From an uncultured virus (IMG/VR IMGVR_UViG_3300014204_000136) (taxonomy: Duplodnaviria > Heunggongvirae > Uroviricota > Caudoviricetes), in the IMG/VR virus record IMGVR_UViG_3300014204_000136: 37,083 nucleotides of DNA; one strand, 5' to 3'. Shown in pieces: positions 1-11,458 of the stretch. A model generated the notes under the pieces. The model was not told the DNA's origin. It saw only the letters and a program-made list of their open reading frames with translations, and did not search any database. The translations under genes were made by a program, and so were the position numbers. How positions within the stretch are numbered: position 1 is the first letter of the stretch; the number at the start of each line of letters is the position of its first letter.

Positions 1-3000
1 TTTCAATGCATCATTACTGTTAATAGCAGACATAACTAAGTTATTTTCAAAGTATTCATATTCCTCACCATCACGAATATATTCACCTCCCTCATTATTA
101 CTAGTAATTATACTTTCATTTATAAAGTATTCCTTAACAGTTACAACACCACGTTCACTACTTTTCCTTGGTATAGTCTTATATACAGGATATGTTAATG
201 TACCTGTATGTTTACCATCATCACTTGTATATTGTTTCTGTATCACACCTATGAATTGCATAAAGTGTGGATATAGAATATTGTCAAGTGACTGATATCT
301 TGTAGCAAATTTCTTGAATACTGGTATACCTGCCCTATTAACACCCAAGAATAAACTAGAAGTTTTAGTTCTCTTCTCTAAGTCATGAGGATTACCAATA
401 AATACCTTAGTTAATTGTGCTAACTTGTCTGTATATTCACCATTCTTCTTTACTATAGATAACTCTAAAGTACTATCATTATTATTAATAGATGGCACTA
501 TACGTTTATTATACCAGTTATTCTTGAATACTTCATCTATATACTTTGATAAACTAGGTGTGGCTAACTTATCGGCTAACTCGGCTTTCTTATTGTAAAT
601 ATATTCATTAAATGATACGATACTACCATCCTTAAGTTTCAATTCCTTGAACATAATTGGTGGTAAAATATTGAAAAATGAATTTAATTTATTCCTAAAA
701 CCACTGGTAGCAAATGAGTACATAAACAGTTGTACTGCAAAATTATGCACACTCTCTGCTAATGCAACTTCCTCAGGATTCTTTGGATCACCATGAAATG
801 TCAATAGATCAAGTATAGCATACATGTAATCATCATTATTGAGTTTATCTTTAAATGATTTACGTGCTACTGCAAGATATGAATTGAATGGCATCTCTAA
901 TGAAGTATCAACATTTAAGGTATTAAATAATTTAATGATAGTATTTTCAGATAATAACTTTGATAATGGTTTGTCTGAATACTTAATGATAGATAACATC
1001 TTAGGTACATTCTGTAGATTATATATAAGATTACTATCACTATAACCAAAACCATTCTGTAATGCAGGATCAAAGAAGAACTCACCACACATCGAAGCAA
1101 ATACTTCATCTGCTATAGTATTAAGTAACTTACCATCAAGAGTAGTAGAGTTACCACTTATATCAAGTATAGCACTAACTATATCTTTAAAACCATCAGT
1201 AGCATATATTGTTAACTTAGGCATTATCTCCATTAAGAACTTAACAGAGTTACGGTAATAAGGACCTATTAAACTCTCACCATTAACTATTTTATCAGTT
1301 GGGAATAGTTTGCCCTCATTTATAAACTTGTTAGATGCCATAAAATCTTTGATTCGCTTGTCGAAGTTAATTACTTCTGTAATGCTACTACCATACTTCT
1401 TTGTATCTATCTTAGATAATTGGACTAGAGTATTAAGATCTTTACCAATCTTATCAAAATATTCAAATAAATTTAACATCTGTAACTGATGTATTATTTG
1501 ATTCCTATATTTATTCTTTATTTCATTCTGTTTTGCAGTTGTTTCTTCTGTAGATAAATTTGGATCTATAGAATCTAATTCTGATTGTATGTCATCTATG
1601 TTAAATTTAAGATTCTTTTGTAACAAATCATCTGCTGTTAATTCTTTAACTATATTATTTGAGAAACCACGATCAAGTACTTTATCCTTTTCCATAACAC
1701 CTTCTGGTGTAAGAAAACTCGTATATCTGGCCCTTAGTTCATCCATAACGTACCATTTAGTCCTATACAGAGCAAGTTTATTATCTCGTTCTGTATTGTT
1801 TGCCATGAATGCATATTCTTTTAAAATAGGTTGAGTAAGTATCTTGAATGTCTTAAGACCACAACCACCACGTAACATCAATGCTACAAAGTTATATGTA
1901 TTTTTATTTACATTTAACCTCATTATATAGTTGTCTTTGGCTAAGTCAACATGAGAGTCAATCATTGCAGATAACCACCCAAGAATACTTAAACCATCCT
2001 TACCGGATATCTGAGATAAATCTATAGAGCCTTCTTCATTCTCGTTTAATAAACCATATGAGTCTGTCTGATTAGTACTATATGTAACAGTACCAGTCCT
2101 GTCTTTTACACTATATTTTAAACCTGCTATCTGAGCTAATATATGATGTACATTGTTTAATGCAAATGGTGCAACACCATCCTTACCACCAGTATATTCA
2201 AATTTTAACCTATTTTGGTTTGTAGCAGAGTATATAAATAAATCATTAGTGCTCTCTCTATCTAATACATTCTCAGCATATTCTTTCAACTGTTCTGTAT
2301 ATGCACCATTAGGTAATTGGGATTGTGATATATGAGCACTAGATCTATATACAGAAAGGTATGCATCTAATAACCTATTCTTTATAGCGGAAGTACTATT
2401 GAACACATATGGATCAGTCTCATTATTAAACTTAGCCATAAATGCTTCCTTCTGATCCTTCAATTCAACTATATCACCTTTAGCCCATTCGATAATAGCA
2501 TTCTCTATATCTGATAAAATATCTATCTTTTCTTGAGTTTCAGTATACCATAACATATCTGCATTAAGAAGAGCATTCTCTTTTAAGTAGTCTAGATTAG
2601 ATTCTATAGAAGTTAATAATGATTCAGGTGTAATTTCCTTAATGATATTAATTGCTTCTACTATATCATTGTATTTCTCTTCTGTTGATGCACCAGTAAG
2701 ATACATTTGCTTTAGAGTTGCAATACGTTTCATAGCAAAATCTATGGTTTCATTATACTGGTGTTTGAATGCTTCATCTAAAGTATTTGAAAACTTAATT
2801 GGAATCATATCACCTTCTTCATTTGTAGTATAGGAATACCTAACTGCAAACATCTTATCTATATCGAAGTCAGAACCAGTTAAGGCTGTAACAGGTTCAG
2901 GGAATACAATAGTATCACCAGTATTCTCTGGTAATAACTTAGTTACCTTTAAATATATTACAGATGCCTGTGACTGTGTTGGAATACGATAAGCAAGTAA

Positions 3001-6000
3001 CTCTGGTGTATTTTTAAGTACATAATCACATGCTTGTTTATATGTTAAATTCTTATAATTAGGAATAATATGCTTAAACATAGATATAGAAATAGCACAC
3101 TCTGCAGACTTTAGTTTACCATCTTCCGTTAATGTATACCATTTTAACCTATCGTCTGATGATACATGTAAACCAGTTTCAGATACCTGAATAAATTGAT
3201 TACCAGGCATTTCTATATCAAGAGATGCCTTGTTAGTCATACCAATCAGACGAGAACTTACCTTAGTCCTGTGAGCATCTAATTCGAGCCATAGTCGTTC
3301 GTTCTCCATACGCAACGCATCTATAACTAATTCTGGTTTGTTACCACGTATAGCATCATTACGTAACTTATTAACTAATATCTTAAGATCTACAGTACCA
3401 TTAGTACTATCATAACCAAGTTCTTTTTTGAGTTTATTTAATCCCCTATCACTTATAGAAGCTAATGAATTGAATACAATATTAGCAATCTCCTTACCAC
3501 TAATGTACTGTTCTGTACCAGGTAACTGGTATATCATTTCATCTAACCTCAGGTCACCAAGACTTATCTTAGCAAACTGGGTACCTAACTTAGTTTCCTT
3601 TACATTATGTGGATCTGTTATTGTCTGTCTACGTAGAGCATAAAATGGTTGTTCATATGTAAACATTTTAGTAAGATCTGAACCAACAGTACGTGTTTCA
3701 TTTGCGAATAATGGAGTTTGGGACCTAATACCAGTCTTAACAGCACTATCATATATCACCATATCTACTGGTTTGTAGTCCTTATACTTTTCTGTTTTAG
3801 CAGACATCCTATTAGCCAAATCCTCAATCTGAGTACCCTTAACTAATTCAGGAAATAAACATGCTATAGACATTTTATTATAAGTAGGAACTAATATATT
3901 ATTTGCTGGTATTACATCAAACAATACTGGTTTTAAAGGTTGCATCATTAATCGAATAGAAGAATTATATTCTTCAAATGACATATCTGCAAAAGACTTT
4001 GTCATAAGTAAATTATAGGCATTCTTTTTTGCATCAGACCATTCACCAAGACGCATTAATATCTCCCTATACATTTCAGGAGTTACATAAGCCTGACCAT
4101 CCGTAGGATCTATTTTTGTGTATGCTTCTAAGAATTTATTAACATTGATATCAAGTTCTGGTTTTAATATAGTATCATTTAAAGTTGTAGGATTAGCTTT
4201 AGCCAAAACTTCGGGGTCTAAATATTTACTATATATTTCAAATTTAGGATCATTATTTCTTTGTAATGATTTAACAAAGGTTAGTACATAATCTTTAATT
4301 ATCTTTGCCCTTATAGACTTATAATACTCCGTATTTGATATATCAAATTTTTGTGTAGATAATGTTGCTATTGAATAATGAGTTCTTGTTATACCTTTAT
4401 CTGGCAACTGTTGATCAATAATATCACCAGATGATGTCATTGCACCAAGACGTTTAATCCTATCTTCTTGAACAGATTGTTTCTTATTAGATTTATAAAA
4501 GGCTGGGTCACCAGTAAACATCATACTTGTTTCAAAATTGGCAATTGCCTGACCTATTTCGGTTGCTGCAATAATATTTTGTATAGCGTGTGTATCCCTA
4601 TTGAAACTAGTATTTAAGAATTTACCGATTAAATCCCTATCTAATATCTTATTAGTATATACAGTCTCATTAAAATCTTTACTATATACTTGTTCTATAA
4701 GTTTATATTTGATAGCAGTCTTTATACCCTCCTGAATAATACCAGTTAACATATTGCGTATGTCATTTTTGGCATCACGTTCAAAATTAAAATCTTTCCT
4801 ATTGAAAGATGCAAACTCTACATACTTATAAGCATTAGCATTAAAGTCTTTATTTGTACCCTTAAGATTATAGTGGTAGTTAAGTACCATTGATTCATCC
4901 ATAATCTTCTGTTTTTCTGTATCATCTTTAGCATCTATATAAGCCTTCTTAAGTACCTTTGCTGCCTCTATACGATCTCTTTCTGCCTCTGCATACTTAT
5001 AGAATATATTGATTATATCATCTGATATAACTAGTTGACCGTCCTCACTTATATTATATATATTAGTAGGTAATGCTACACCTTCTAAGAAGTAGTAGGT
5101 CGACCTATCAGATAATACAGGAAATGGCATTAAACCATTATGTATAGCTGACATCCTAAGTATATAATCCTCAACATTATTTAAATCTTTATATGCTGTA
5201 CCAGAGTCACGAGCATCTGTTTCTTGTAAAGCAGACATAGTCTTAATGTTAAGACTATTCCTTAACTCTTCATTATCTTTAATAATATTAAGTATATAAG
5301 AACCTTTATGATATTCTTTTGATAATACAGAATCTATATAATTCTTATCCCTATATTGTTTTAATTTAGAAGTAGCATAACTATTATTGGCATATGAGAA
5401 ATACATATGTCCTTCCGGACCAAGTATAACATCATCTAATAGATCTGGATATACTTGAAATTTACACCTAGCTAATTCCCTAACTATATAAGCACTCTTT
5501 GTAGATACTTTTGTATCACCTATTTTAATCTCTTTACTTTCGAATATAGAGAATACCTTACTATTTAAATCATATGCTAATGTACCAGTTCTTATTTTCT
5601 TACCTGCTTTTATAGCAGTATTTAATGTCTTGGCTGCTTCTGCACTTTCATCAGATAATTCTTTTAACCTAGTAAATACTATACCTAATTCTTTTTCATC
5701 AGTGATAATATTACCAAGTGCATTCTGTAATTCATAACCTTTATGATACTTAGTTTGATTTTCAAGATATTTATCTAAAGTACGTTCATCTATATTTATT
5801 TGTAGACTATTTAAAAGATATAATACTCTCTTCTTATAATCAGTTAATACTTCTGGAGTTAATTTATTCCTAAAGTTTTTCTGTATATCTTTCTTTAGTT
5901 CTAAGTAGTCATCATAGATAGTACTAAATACACCATCATTAACCTGTTGTATACCAGTTTCTTCATCACGATATATTAGGTCTGATTCAAGAAATGTCAT

Positions 6001-9000
6001 AGCCCATGACCTAGCCTCAACACGTTCTGCTCTAGCTATATCTGCAGTACTAATCTTATATTCAGCAACACCAGTCCTAGGGTTTATGCTATATAAGAAG
6101 TTAATAAACTGATGTTTATGTTTCTGTAATGTTACTTTAAATTGAGCACGTATATTAGAAGAGGCTGCAGATAACTTTGAATGTAATTCTTTATATGGAT
6201 AATATATTTCACCTAACTGATTTATCTTATCCATCATTTCATCAATATTATTTAGATCATGCAGATCAAATAATAACTTATACCACACATCATTAAAATT
6301 GACGTAGTCTCGTGTCCTTGTAGATGGATTAATATCTTCTGATTTAGATAGAGTTGCTATCAAGAATTTAATATTAGCAGATACATTATTACGTATATCT
6401 ACTTCAAATGATTCTTTATCATATCTTAATAACTGTTCACCTGCAGATTCTACTTCATAGTCAGTCTCTTCATCTTCATCTGGTCTAGTTTCATTAGCTC
6501 TAATATTAAATTGTGACCTAAGTAGCATCCTTAGGTGACGCATATATACTTCCCTATACTCTTTTGTATTTATAGAGTCATATAAATCCACAAGATTCTT
6601 TGCTGTTACTAAGTCAGTCTCTAAAGATTCCTTAGTTTCATCTTCTGCATATTCACCATAATCTATATAATATTGTAATTCGTCTACAATATTTTTAAAG
6701 TTAGGTACTAATTCTTCATTTATATAATTGAATAGTTTACTAAACTTTATACTACGTACATCATTTAGAGAAGATATTTCATTTTCTTCCAATAATATAA
6801 CACCAAGTCCTTTAATGAAATTCATAAATTCCTCACGACTCTTTACAAATGGTACATCAAACATACCAGTTTCAAAAGAGGATACAGGATATGGGACTTC
6901 CTTTCTACTTAATTTAAATCTATTAACTGGGGATATATATCTATTCTTAAATCTACCACTATCTATTAATTTAAATAATGATTCTACTTCATAAGATGTT
7001 AACTTATTTTTACCAGTAAAGAAGTATACAATAAAATCATACAATTCCTTAATCCAATCTGATATACTCTTCTTTGGTAATGGTTTATTCTCAGTCTTAT
7101 TAAGTTTCCATGCTCTAAATTCCTCAGCAAGTTTCTCTTCTATTTCAGAATCTGTTGCTTTTGGCATACCATATTTAGTACGAGCATTCTTATAATACTT
7201 TTCCCTTTCAGTAGATGTTAAATAACCCAAGGATACCCTATGGAATGCCTCATGATATGTTGTACCCATTGGAGCATCACTATATATATAAGTACAATTA
7301 GATGTAAAGGCACCATAGGCCTCACGACCACCATCTGCTAACCTTATAATAGTATCAGTTTGCTTTAATGTTTTATTACCAATACGTTCATTAAACCATT
7401 TGATTTCAGAATCAGTTACCTTATCTTTATATTCTTTATTGATAGAAGTCTTTTCAAAACCTATTATCTTACCTTTACCAATATTCTTAATCTTACCATC
7501 TTTTAATGGATTAGTAGGTTTACCTTCACGTTTTAGTTTTTCTTTAGTCTCAGGTATTGGTTCAACTGGGGGAGTAGGTTTCTCTTCTTCTGATACTTGT
7601 ACTTCACCATTATTAATAGAGTTATTAATCTTTAATACAGGACTATGCTCAATACATTCTATCTTACCATCTTTACCTTCAACCCTATCTACATTAGTGG
7701 ATAATATACGTTTATTATTTTTACCTATAACTGTACTAACCAATACTTGTGCCCAAGTCCTAGTATCATCTGCAGGTACTACTATAGTATCAATAGTAAA
7801 ACCATTAGTCTTCTTATATGGTTTATTTAAACTATACCCAGTTACCTTATCTTTTAATCTAATATTGTACTTCTTATTAGCAATTGCCCACTTGATAAAT
7901 ATCTCCTTATTCTTTTGCTTAGTATCAGGATTAAATATATCTTCTATAACATTATTACCATAATGTAATGTTTGTGTACTAGGTTCAATATATAACATTT
8001 GAGACTTATCCAACATCTTTAAAGATGTTTTCCTACCAGATGTTACCAATAAATCCAGTGTTTCACCAACAGTTAAACCCTTAACATCATCTCTTTCTAA
8101 TACAGCATTTGGGGCTACTAAATACTTTTTATATAAAGATTCAAATACTATATCTGCATGTTTAATAGACAAGTTAGATATATTTAATGGTATCAATCTA
8201 GTCTCACCACTAACAGTTTTATTTGTAGATACAGATACTGTACCAGGTTTTAAACCAGAGTATATGAATCTTTCATTATCATAATACGATTGACCTTCGT
8301 CTAAAGTCACACATAATTCTACATCCTTAAGATCAATTCCCAACCTACCATCAACTGGTCCATAGGTAACTATACGATTTAATTTAGGATTAATTCTCTT
8401 TAAACCACTACCATGTACTTTGCCATTTACAAGTATATTATTAACTATAGTCCTACGTAATGCACGAGTATTTAATCTTTCTTGTTCTTCATAACCAGCA
8501 GGATCTATTTCATCTACAGGAGCTGCTAAATTATAATAATCTGAATTATGTAAGAATAATTTATATTTATCAGTTCCTTTATATACTTTATTATTAACGG
8601 TAATAGACATCTTAATTGGAATAGTGTCTATAGCATTATTGAAATGAGACTTATCTTTTAGATTATCAAAGTATTTAAGTATAATTTTTATTACTTCTTC
8701 TTTTTCTTTATTAGAGAACTTGCCACTTTGTACACTGATTATTTTCTCTTTTATACTTTTAGTAGTAACAGAAGTATTCCACCAATCATTATCAAGATCT
8801 ATTTCATATTCTACTGATCCTTTAGCCAATGATCTATCAACCTCGGAGCTAGGAGTACTTAATAGTTCATCTAATTCTTCATCCCTAACTATAACATTAT
8901 ATAGATTATTATCATCTATATGAGATGTAGAAACAATATCACACAAAGTACTTAATGGATGTGACAAGTCTTTCTTTAATTTTAACCTAATCTCATATTC

Positions 9001-11451
9001 CCTATCTACATTCTTACCACTATCATCACTAGATACAGTTTCAAATTCTTCAGGAACTAAATCTTCTTCTTCAGGTTTATCGTAATTTAAATCATCTATT
9101 GAGTAATCAAGTTGTTCGCCAGACTCAATAAATTTACCATTATCATCATAAGTACCAATAGATACAGTATATGTTGGTATACCATCTTCATCATTTGTAA
9201 CCCTAGTTATGATACCCTTTTGATTATCATATGTTACTACACGATCATCAACATCAAAACCATTCTCCTTTACATGATTAAGAACACGTTCTTTATATTG
9301 TTTAGATGCCTTTTCAAGATCGCCTTTAGATATAAGATGTCCTTTTGCTAAACGTTTCAGTGTAGTATCAAGACTGTAACTATCTCTTTTTAATTCATAG
9401 AGAACTCTCTTAGCTTTATTGTAAGAATCCCAGTCCTTAATATTAATCTTTATCTTCTTATCCTTCTTTAATTCATCAGAATCATAATTATCTTCTATCT
9501 CCTTGAGGTCTTTATCTATTTCAGATAATTCCTTATTTAAATCTGATAAAGTATTTCTTACATCATCTCTGGTATTCTCTGGAATATTTGGATCATCTAA
9601 ATTAGGGTATACTTTATTGTATTCATCTATTATAGATTCAAGAGATTGTTTTGCTATACTTTGATTTAATTTACGTTTACCATTATTACTTAACTTGGAC
9701 GTAGCTAATAAAGTACTCTTTATTATCTTATCATATAATGCATCAGACTCTTTAACTACTGATTCTATTTCAGTATCGATTGCTTCTTTACTTGCTTGCA
9801 TTTCTGCTACAGTAGAAGCAAATATTTTATGGAACTCCCCTTCTGGTATATTCTTATATAACTTAGAACCTTGTGTAGAAAGATCTTTGTATGCTTTCTT
9901 TGCACCAAGATTTAAAGTAGAACCAGGAGTATTGATATCCTTCATGGCATCTGTATACTTCTGAATAGTTTGATTCATAAATTCTTTTACAGCTTTACCA
10001 TTATCACCTTTCAGAACTTCAAGTTCTTCTGGCGTAATCAAATCAGATACATCTTTTACCTTAGTAGCAAACTCACCACTAGATACCATATCTAACATTT
10101 GATTCATAAGATCAACCCTATCAGTTCTTGCAGCCCTAGCAGCTAATGCAGAACCTAGATTCTTCCTAGATATATTTAATTGATGTGCATCACCATTAAT
10201 ACTGGCTTTCATAATGTCTTTAGCAAACGCAGAATATTTAGATATGGCATTCTTTGCTTCTAAGATATCATAATCTTCTTTACCACGTATTTTATCATTT
10301 ACCATATCAAGACTATGCATGGCACTAGCACCTAAGGCACCCATAAACATACTGGTAAATAATTCTCCGTTCTTTGTATGTTCCTTAGCATATGGAAAAA
10401 ACCCATAATCCATATCTGGATTCAATTGTTTCTCCATGGTATACTTACCAAACTCATTAGCCATATATTGGTAACCTTCTTCAAGACCTTCTCCTATCAT
10501 GTCTTTACCAATAGTATAACCCCTAGTGTCAAGTAATGTAGTTTCCATACCAAGAAACTTCTTACCCTTAGTACTTATATCTGGTGCCTTCTTACCAAAT
10601 GCTTTTGCTAATGCACCATTTAAAAATAAGTACTGTGGTAAATCTTGAGCAAGCATCGCCCAGTCAGCATTGTAAGTGTTCTTAGCCGCTTTAGCTGCAT
10701 ACATACTTGCTTGTTTATCTGACATATCTGGATTAGATGCTAAAGCAATTTGTTTTGCTTCATCATAAGTACCAGCAGCCTCCATCATATTCTCCATATA
10801 ACGAGAAGTAATAGCTTGAGATACACCAAATATACCACGAACCATTTTATCACTAGCTCCAAGAGCCTTAGCGATCTTACCTGGAATAGATGCAACTCCA
10901 GCAGCAGGTATCATTAAAGATACAGTAGATGCAATTGATGGAGCATTAGTCATCCACCATGACCAGTCCCATGGTCTAAAATCACCTTCACGATAATCGT
11001 ATTCATATATAGGTGTTTCTTCTTTTGTCCACTCCCTAAGTCTTTTACCAGCACGACTTACTTCATTACCAAATTCTTCATCCTCACCTGCCATCAAACC
11101 ATTAAATTCACCAAGAGCACCAAGATAACCAATACCTTCTATAGTACCACCAAGTACTTCACCAACAACCATTTGATTTAACATATTACCAAATTGGGCA
11201 ATAGGTCCCTGTCTAGAAGCCCTTATATTTTGTAGATGGGTCCTACTTTGAGAAGTAAGGCCTTCATCATATCTTGATTCACCAATACCATATTGACCAA
11301 GAGGCATTATAGCATCTCGTTCACCAGTATAGGCTTGTGATGGTATAGGTATAAAACCAGCTGGCAGTTTAAAACCAGCTGATTTATTAACACCATAATC
11401 TTTCTCACCAAGAGCAATATTTAAATTCTGCCCTTCAGCGGTATTATACAT
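1..11451 (-). CDS. Giant virion-packaged multidomain protein with crAss-type DNA-dependent RNA polymerase, zincin-like HExxH domain and N-terminal ejection/cargo-like region; 3' end lies outside the window (>=3817 aa)
   Basis: ATG at 11451, 7 nt after the upstream stop, starts MYNTAEGQNLNIALGEK. Segments translated by hand in the same frame give HEAFH (7240-7254) followed by EEKLAEEF, MPFPVLSDRSTYY (~5100), DPTDGQAYVTPEMY (~4100), YRIPTQ...GSDFDIDK (DFDID at 2857-2871) and SAMIDSHVDLAKDNY (~1950), and the frame is still open at base 1. The ORF track lists no long minus ORF here, which is consistent with no in-frame stop. Confidence 0.93.
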   Translation of the reverse strand, partial: MYNTAEGQNLNIALGEKDYGVNKSAGFKLPAGFIPIPSQAYTGERDAIMPLGQYGIGESRYDEGLTSQSRTHLQNIRASRQGPIAQFGNMLNQMVVGEVLGGTIEGIGYLGALGEFNGLMAGEDEEFGNEVSRAGKRLREWTKEETPIYEYDYREGDFRPWDWSWWMTNAPSIASTVSLMIPAAGVASIPGKIAKALGASDKMVRGIFGVSQAITSRYMENMMEAAGTYDEAKQIALASNPDMSDKQASMYAAKAAKNTYNADWAMLAQDLPQYLFLNGALAKAFGKKAPDISTKGKKFLGMETTLLDTRGYTIGKDMIGEGLEEGYQYMANEFGKYTMEKQLNPDMDYGFFPYAKEHTKNGELFTSMFMGALGASAMHSLDMVNDKIRGKEDYDILEAKNAISKYSAFAKDIMKASINGDAHQLNISRKNLGSALAARAARTDRVDLMNQMLDMVSSGEFATKVKDVSDLITPEELEVLKGDNGKAVKEFMNQTIQKYTDAMKDINTPGSTLNLGAKKAYKDLSTQGSKLYKNIPEGEFHKIFASTVAEMQASKEAIDTEIESVVKESDALYDKIIKSTLLATSKLSNNGKRKLNQSIAKQSLESIIDEYNKVYPNLDDPNIPENTRDDVRNTLSDLNKELSEIDKDLKEIEDNYDSDELKKDKKIKINIKDWDSYNKAKRVLYELKRDSYSLDTTLKRLAKGHLISKGDLEKASKQYKERVLNHVKENGFDVDDRVVTYDNQKGIITRVTNDEDGIPTYTVSIGTYDDNGKFIESGEQLDYSIDDLNYDKPEEEDLVPEEFETVSSDDSGKNVDREYEIRLKLKKDLSHPLSTLCDIVSTSHIDDNNLYNVIVRDEELDELLSTPSSEVDRSLAKGSVEYEIDLDNDWWNTSVTTKSIKEKIISVQSGKFSNKEKEEVIKIILKYFDNLKDKSHFNNAIDTIPIKMSITVNNKVYKGTDKYKLFLHNSDYYNLAAPVDEIDPAGYEEQERLNTRALRRTIVNNILVNGKVHGSGLKRINPKLNRIVTYGPVDGRLGIDLKDVELCVTLDEGQSYYDNERFIYSGLKPGTVSVSTNKTVSGETRLIPLNISNLSIKHADIVFESLYKKYLVAPNAVLERDDVKGLTVGETLDLLVTSGRKTSLKMLDKSQMLYIEPSTQTLHYGNNVIEDIFNPDTKQKNKEIFIKWAIANKKYNIRLKDKVTGYSLNKPYKKTNGFTIDTIVVPADDTRTWAQVLVSTVIGKNNKRILSTNVDRVEGKDGKIECIEHSPVLKINNSINNGEVQVSEEEKPTPPVEPIPETKEKLKREGKPTNPLKDGKIKNIGKGKIIGFEKTSINKEYKDKVTDSEIKWFNERIGNKTLKQTDTIIRLADGGREAYGAFTSNCTYIYSDAPMGTTYHEAFHRVSLGYLTSTEREKYYKNARTKYGMPKATDSEIEEKLAEEFRAWKLNKTENKPLPKKSISDWIKELYDFIVYFFTGKNKLTSYEVESLFKLIDSGRFKNRYISPVNRFKLSRKEVPYPVSSFETGMFDVPFVKSREEFMNFIKGLGVILLEENEISSLNDVRSIKFSKLFNYINEELVPNFKNIVDELQYYIDYGEYAEDETKESLETDLVTAKNLVDLYDSINTKEYREVYMRHLRMLLRSQFNIRANETRPDEDEETDYEVESAGEQLLRYDKESFEVDIRNNVSANIKFLIATLSKSEDINPSTRTRDYVNFNDVWYKLLFDLHDLNNIDEMMDKINQLGEIYYPYKELHSKLSAASSNIRAQFKVTLQKHKHQFINFLYSINPRTGVAEYKISTADIARAERVEARSWAMTFLESDLIYRDEETGIQQVNDGVFSTIYDDYLELKKDIQKNFRNKLTPEVLTDYKKRVLYLLNSLQINIDERTLDKYLENQTKYHKGYELQNALGNIITDEKELGIVFTRLKELSDESAEAAKTLNTAIKAGKKIRTGTLAYDLNSKVFSIFESKEIKIGDTKVSTKSAYIVRELARCKFQVYPDLLDDVILGPEGHMYFSYANNSYATSKLKQYRDKNYIDSVLSKEYHKGSYILNIIKDNEELRNSLNIKTMSALQETDARDSGTAYKDLNNVEDYILRMSAIHNGLMPFPVLSDRSTYYFLEGVALPTNIYNISEDGQLVISDDIINIFYKYAEAERDRIEAAKVLKKAYIDAKDDTEKQKIMDESMVLNYHYNLKGTNKDFNANAYKYVEFASFNRKDFNFERDAKNDIRNMLTGIIQEGIKTAIKYKLIEQVYSKDFNETVYTNKILDRDLIGKFLNTSFNRDTHAIQNIIAATEIGQAIANFETSMMFTGDPAFYKSNKKQSVQEDRIKRLGAMTSSGDIIDQQLPDKGITRTHYSIATLSTQKFDISNTEYYKSIRAKIIKDYVLTFVKSLQRNNDPKFEIYSKYLDPEVLAKANPTTLNDTILKPELDINVNKFLEAYTKIDPTDGQAYVTPEMYREILMRLGEWSDAKKNAYNLLMTKSFADMSFEEYNSSIRLMMQPLKPVLFDVIPANNILVPTYNKMSIACLFPELVKGTQIEDLANRMSAKTEKYKDYKPVDMVIYDSAVKTGIRSQTPLFANETRTVGSDLTKMFTYEQPFYALRRQTITDPHNVKETKLGTQFAKISLGDLRLDEMIYQLPGTEQYISGKEIANIVFNSLASISDRGLNKLKKELGYDSTNGTVDLKILVNKLRNDAIRGNKPELVIDALRMENERLWLELDAHRTKVSSRLIGMTNKASLDIEMPGNQFIQVSETGLHVSSDDRLKWYTLTEDGKLKSAECAISISMFKHIIPNYKNLTYKQACDYVLKNTPELLAYRIPTQSQASVIYLKVTKLLPENTGDTIVFPEPVTALTGSDFDIDKMFAVRYSYTTNEEGDMIPIKFSNTLDEAFKHQYNETIDFAMKRIATLKQMYLTGASTEEKYNDIVEAINIIKEITPESLLTSIESNLDYLKENALLNADMLWYTETQEKIDILSDIENAIIEWAKGDIVELKDQKEAFMAKFNNETDPYVFNSTSAIKNRLLDAYLSVYRSSAHISQSQLPNGAYTEQLKEYAENVLDRESTNDLFIYSATNQNRLKFEYTGGKDGVAPFALNNVHHILAQIAGLKYSVKDRTGTVTYSTNQTDSYGLLNENEEGSIDLSQISGKDGLSILGWLSAMIDSHVDLAKDNYIMRLNVNKNTYNFVALMLRGGCGLKTFKILTQPILKEYAFMANNTERDNKLALYRTKWYVMDELRARYTSFLTPEGVMEKDKVLDRGFSNNIVKELTADDLLQKNLKFNIDDIQSELDSIDPNLSTEETTAKQNEIKNKYRNQIIHQLQMLNLFEYFDKIGKDLNTLVQLSKIDTKKYGSSITEVINFDKRIKDFMASNKFINEGKLFPTDKIVNGESLIGPYYRNSVKFLMEIMPKLTIYATDGFKDIVSAILDISGNSTTLDGKLLNTIADEVFASMCGEFFFDPALQNGFGYSDSNLIYNLQNVPKMLSIIKYSDKPLSKLLSENTIIKLFNTLNVDTSLEMPFNSYLAVARKSFKDKLNNDDYMYAILDLLTFHGDPKNPEEVALAESVHNFAVQLFMYSFATSGFRNKLNSFFNILPPIMFKELKLKDGSIVSFNEYIYNKKAELADKLATPSLSKYIDEVFKNNWYNKRIVPSINNNDSTLELSIVKKNGEYTDKLAQLTKVFIGNPHDLEKRTKTSSLFLGVNRAGIPVFKKFATRYQSLDNILYPHFMQFIGVIQKQYTSDDGKHTGTLTYPVYKTIPRKSSERGVVTVKEYFINESIITSNNEGGEYIRDGEEYEYFENNLVMSAINSNDALK

Positions 11452-11458
11452 ACTTCTT

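Noticed and set aside
839..9964. Short plus-strand ORFs in the track (e.g. 7400-7963, 6728-6994, 9695-9964) and the 64-aa minus ORF 915-1109
   Set aside because: They overlap the giant minus-strand RNAP ORF; the Ser/Leu/Ile/Phe-rich translations are typical antisense or off-frame shadows.
1..11451. Apparent 11 kb non-coding or fragmented region suggested by the ORF track
   Set aside because: Artefact: the reading frame runs off the window edge without a stop codon.
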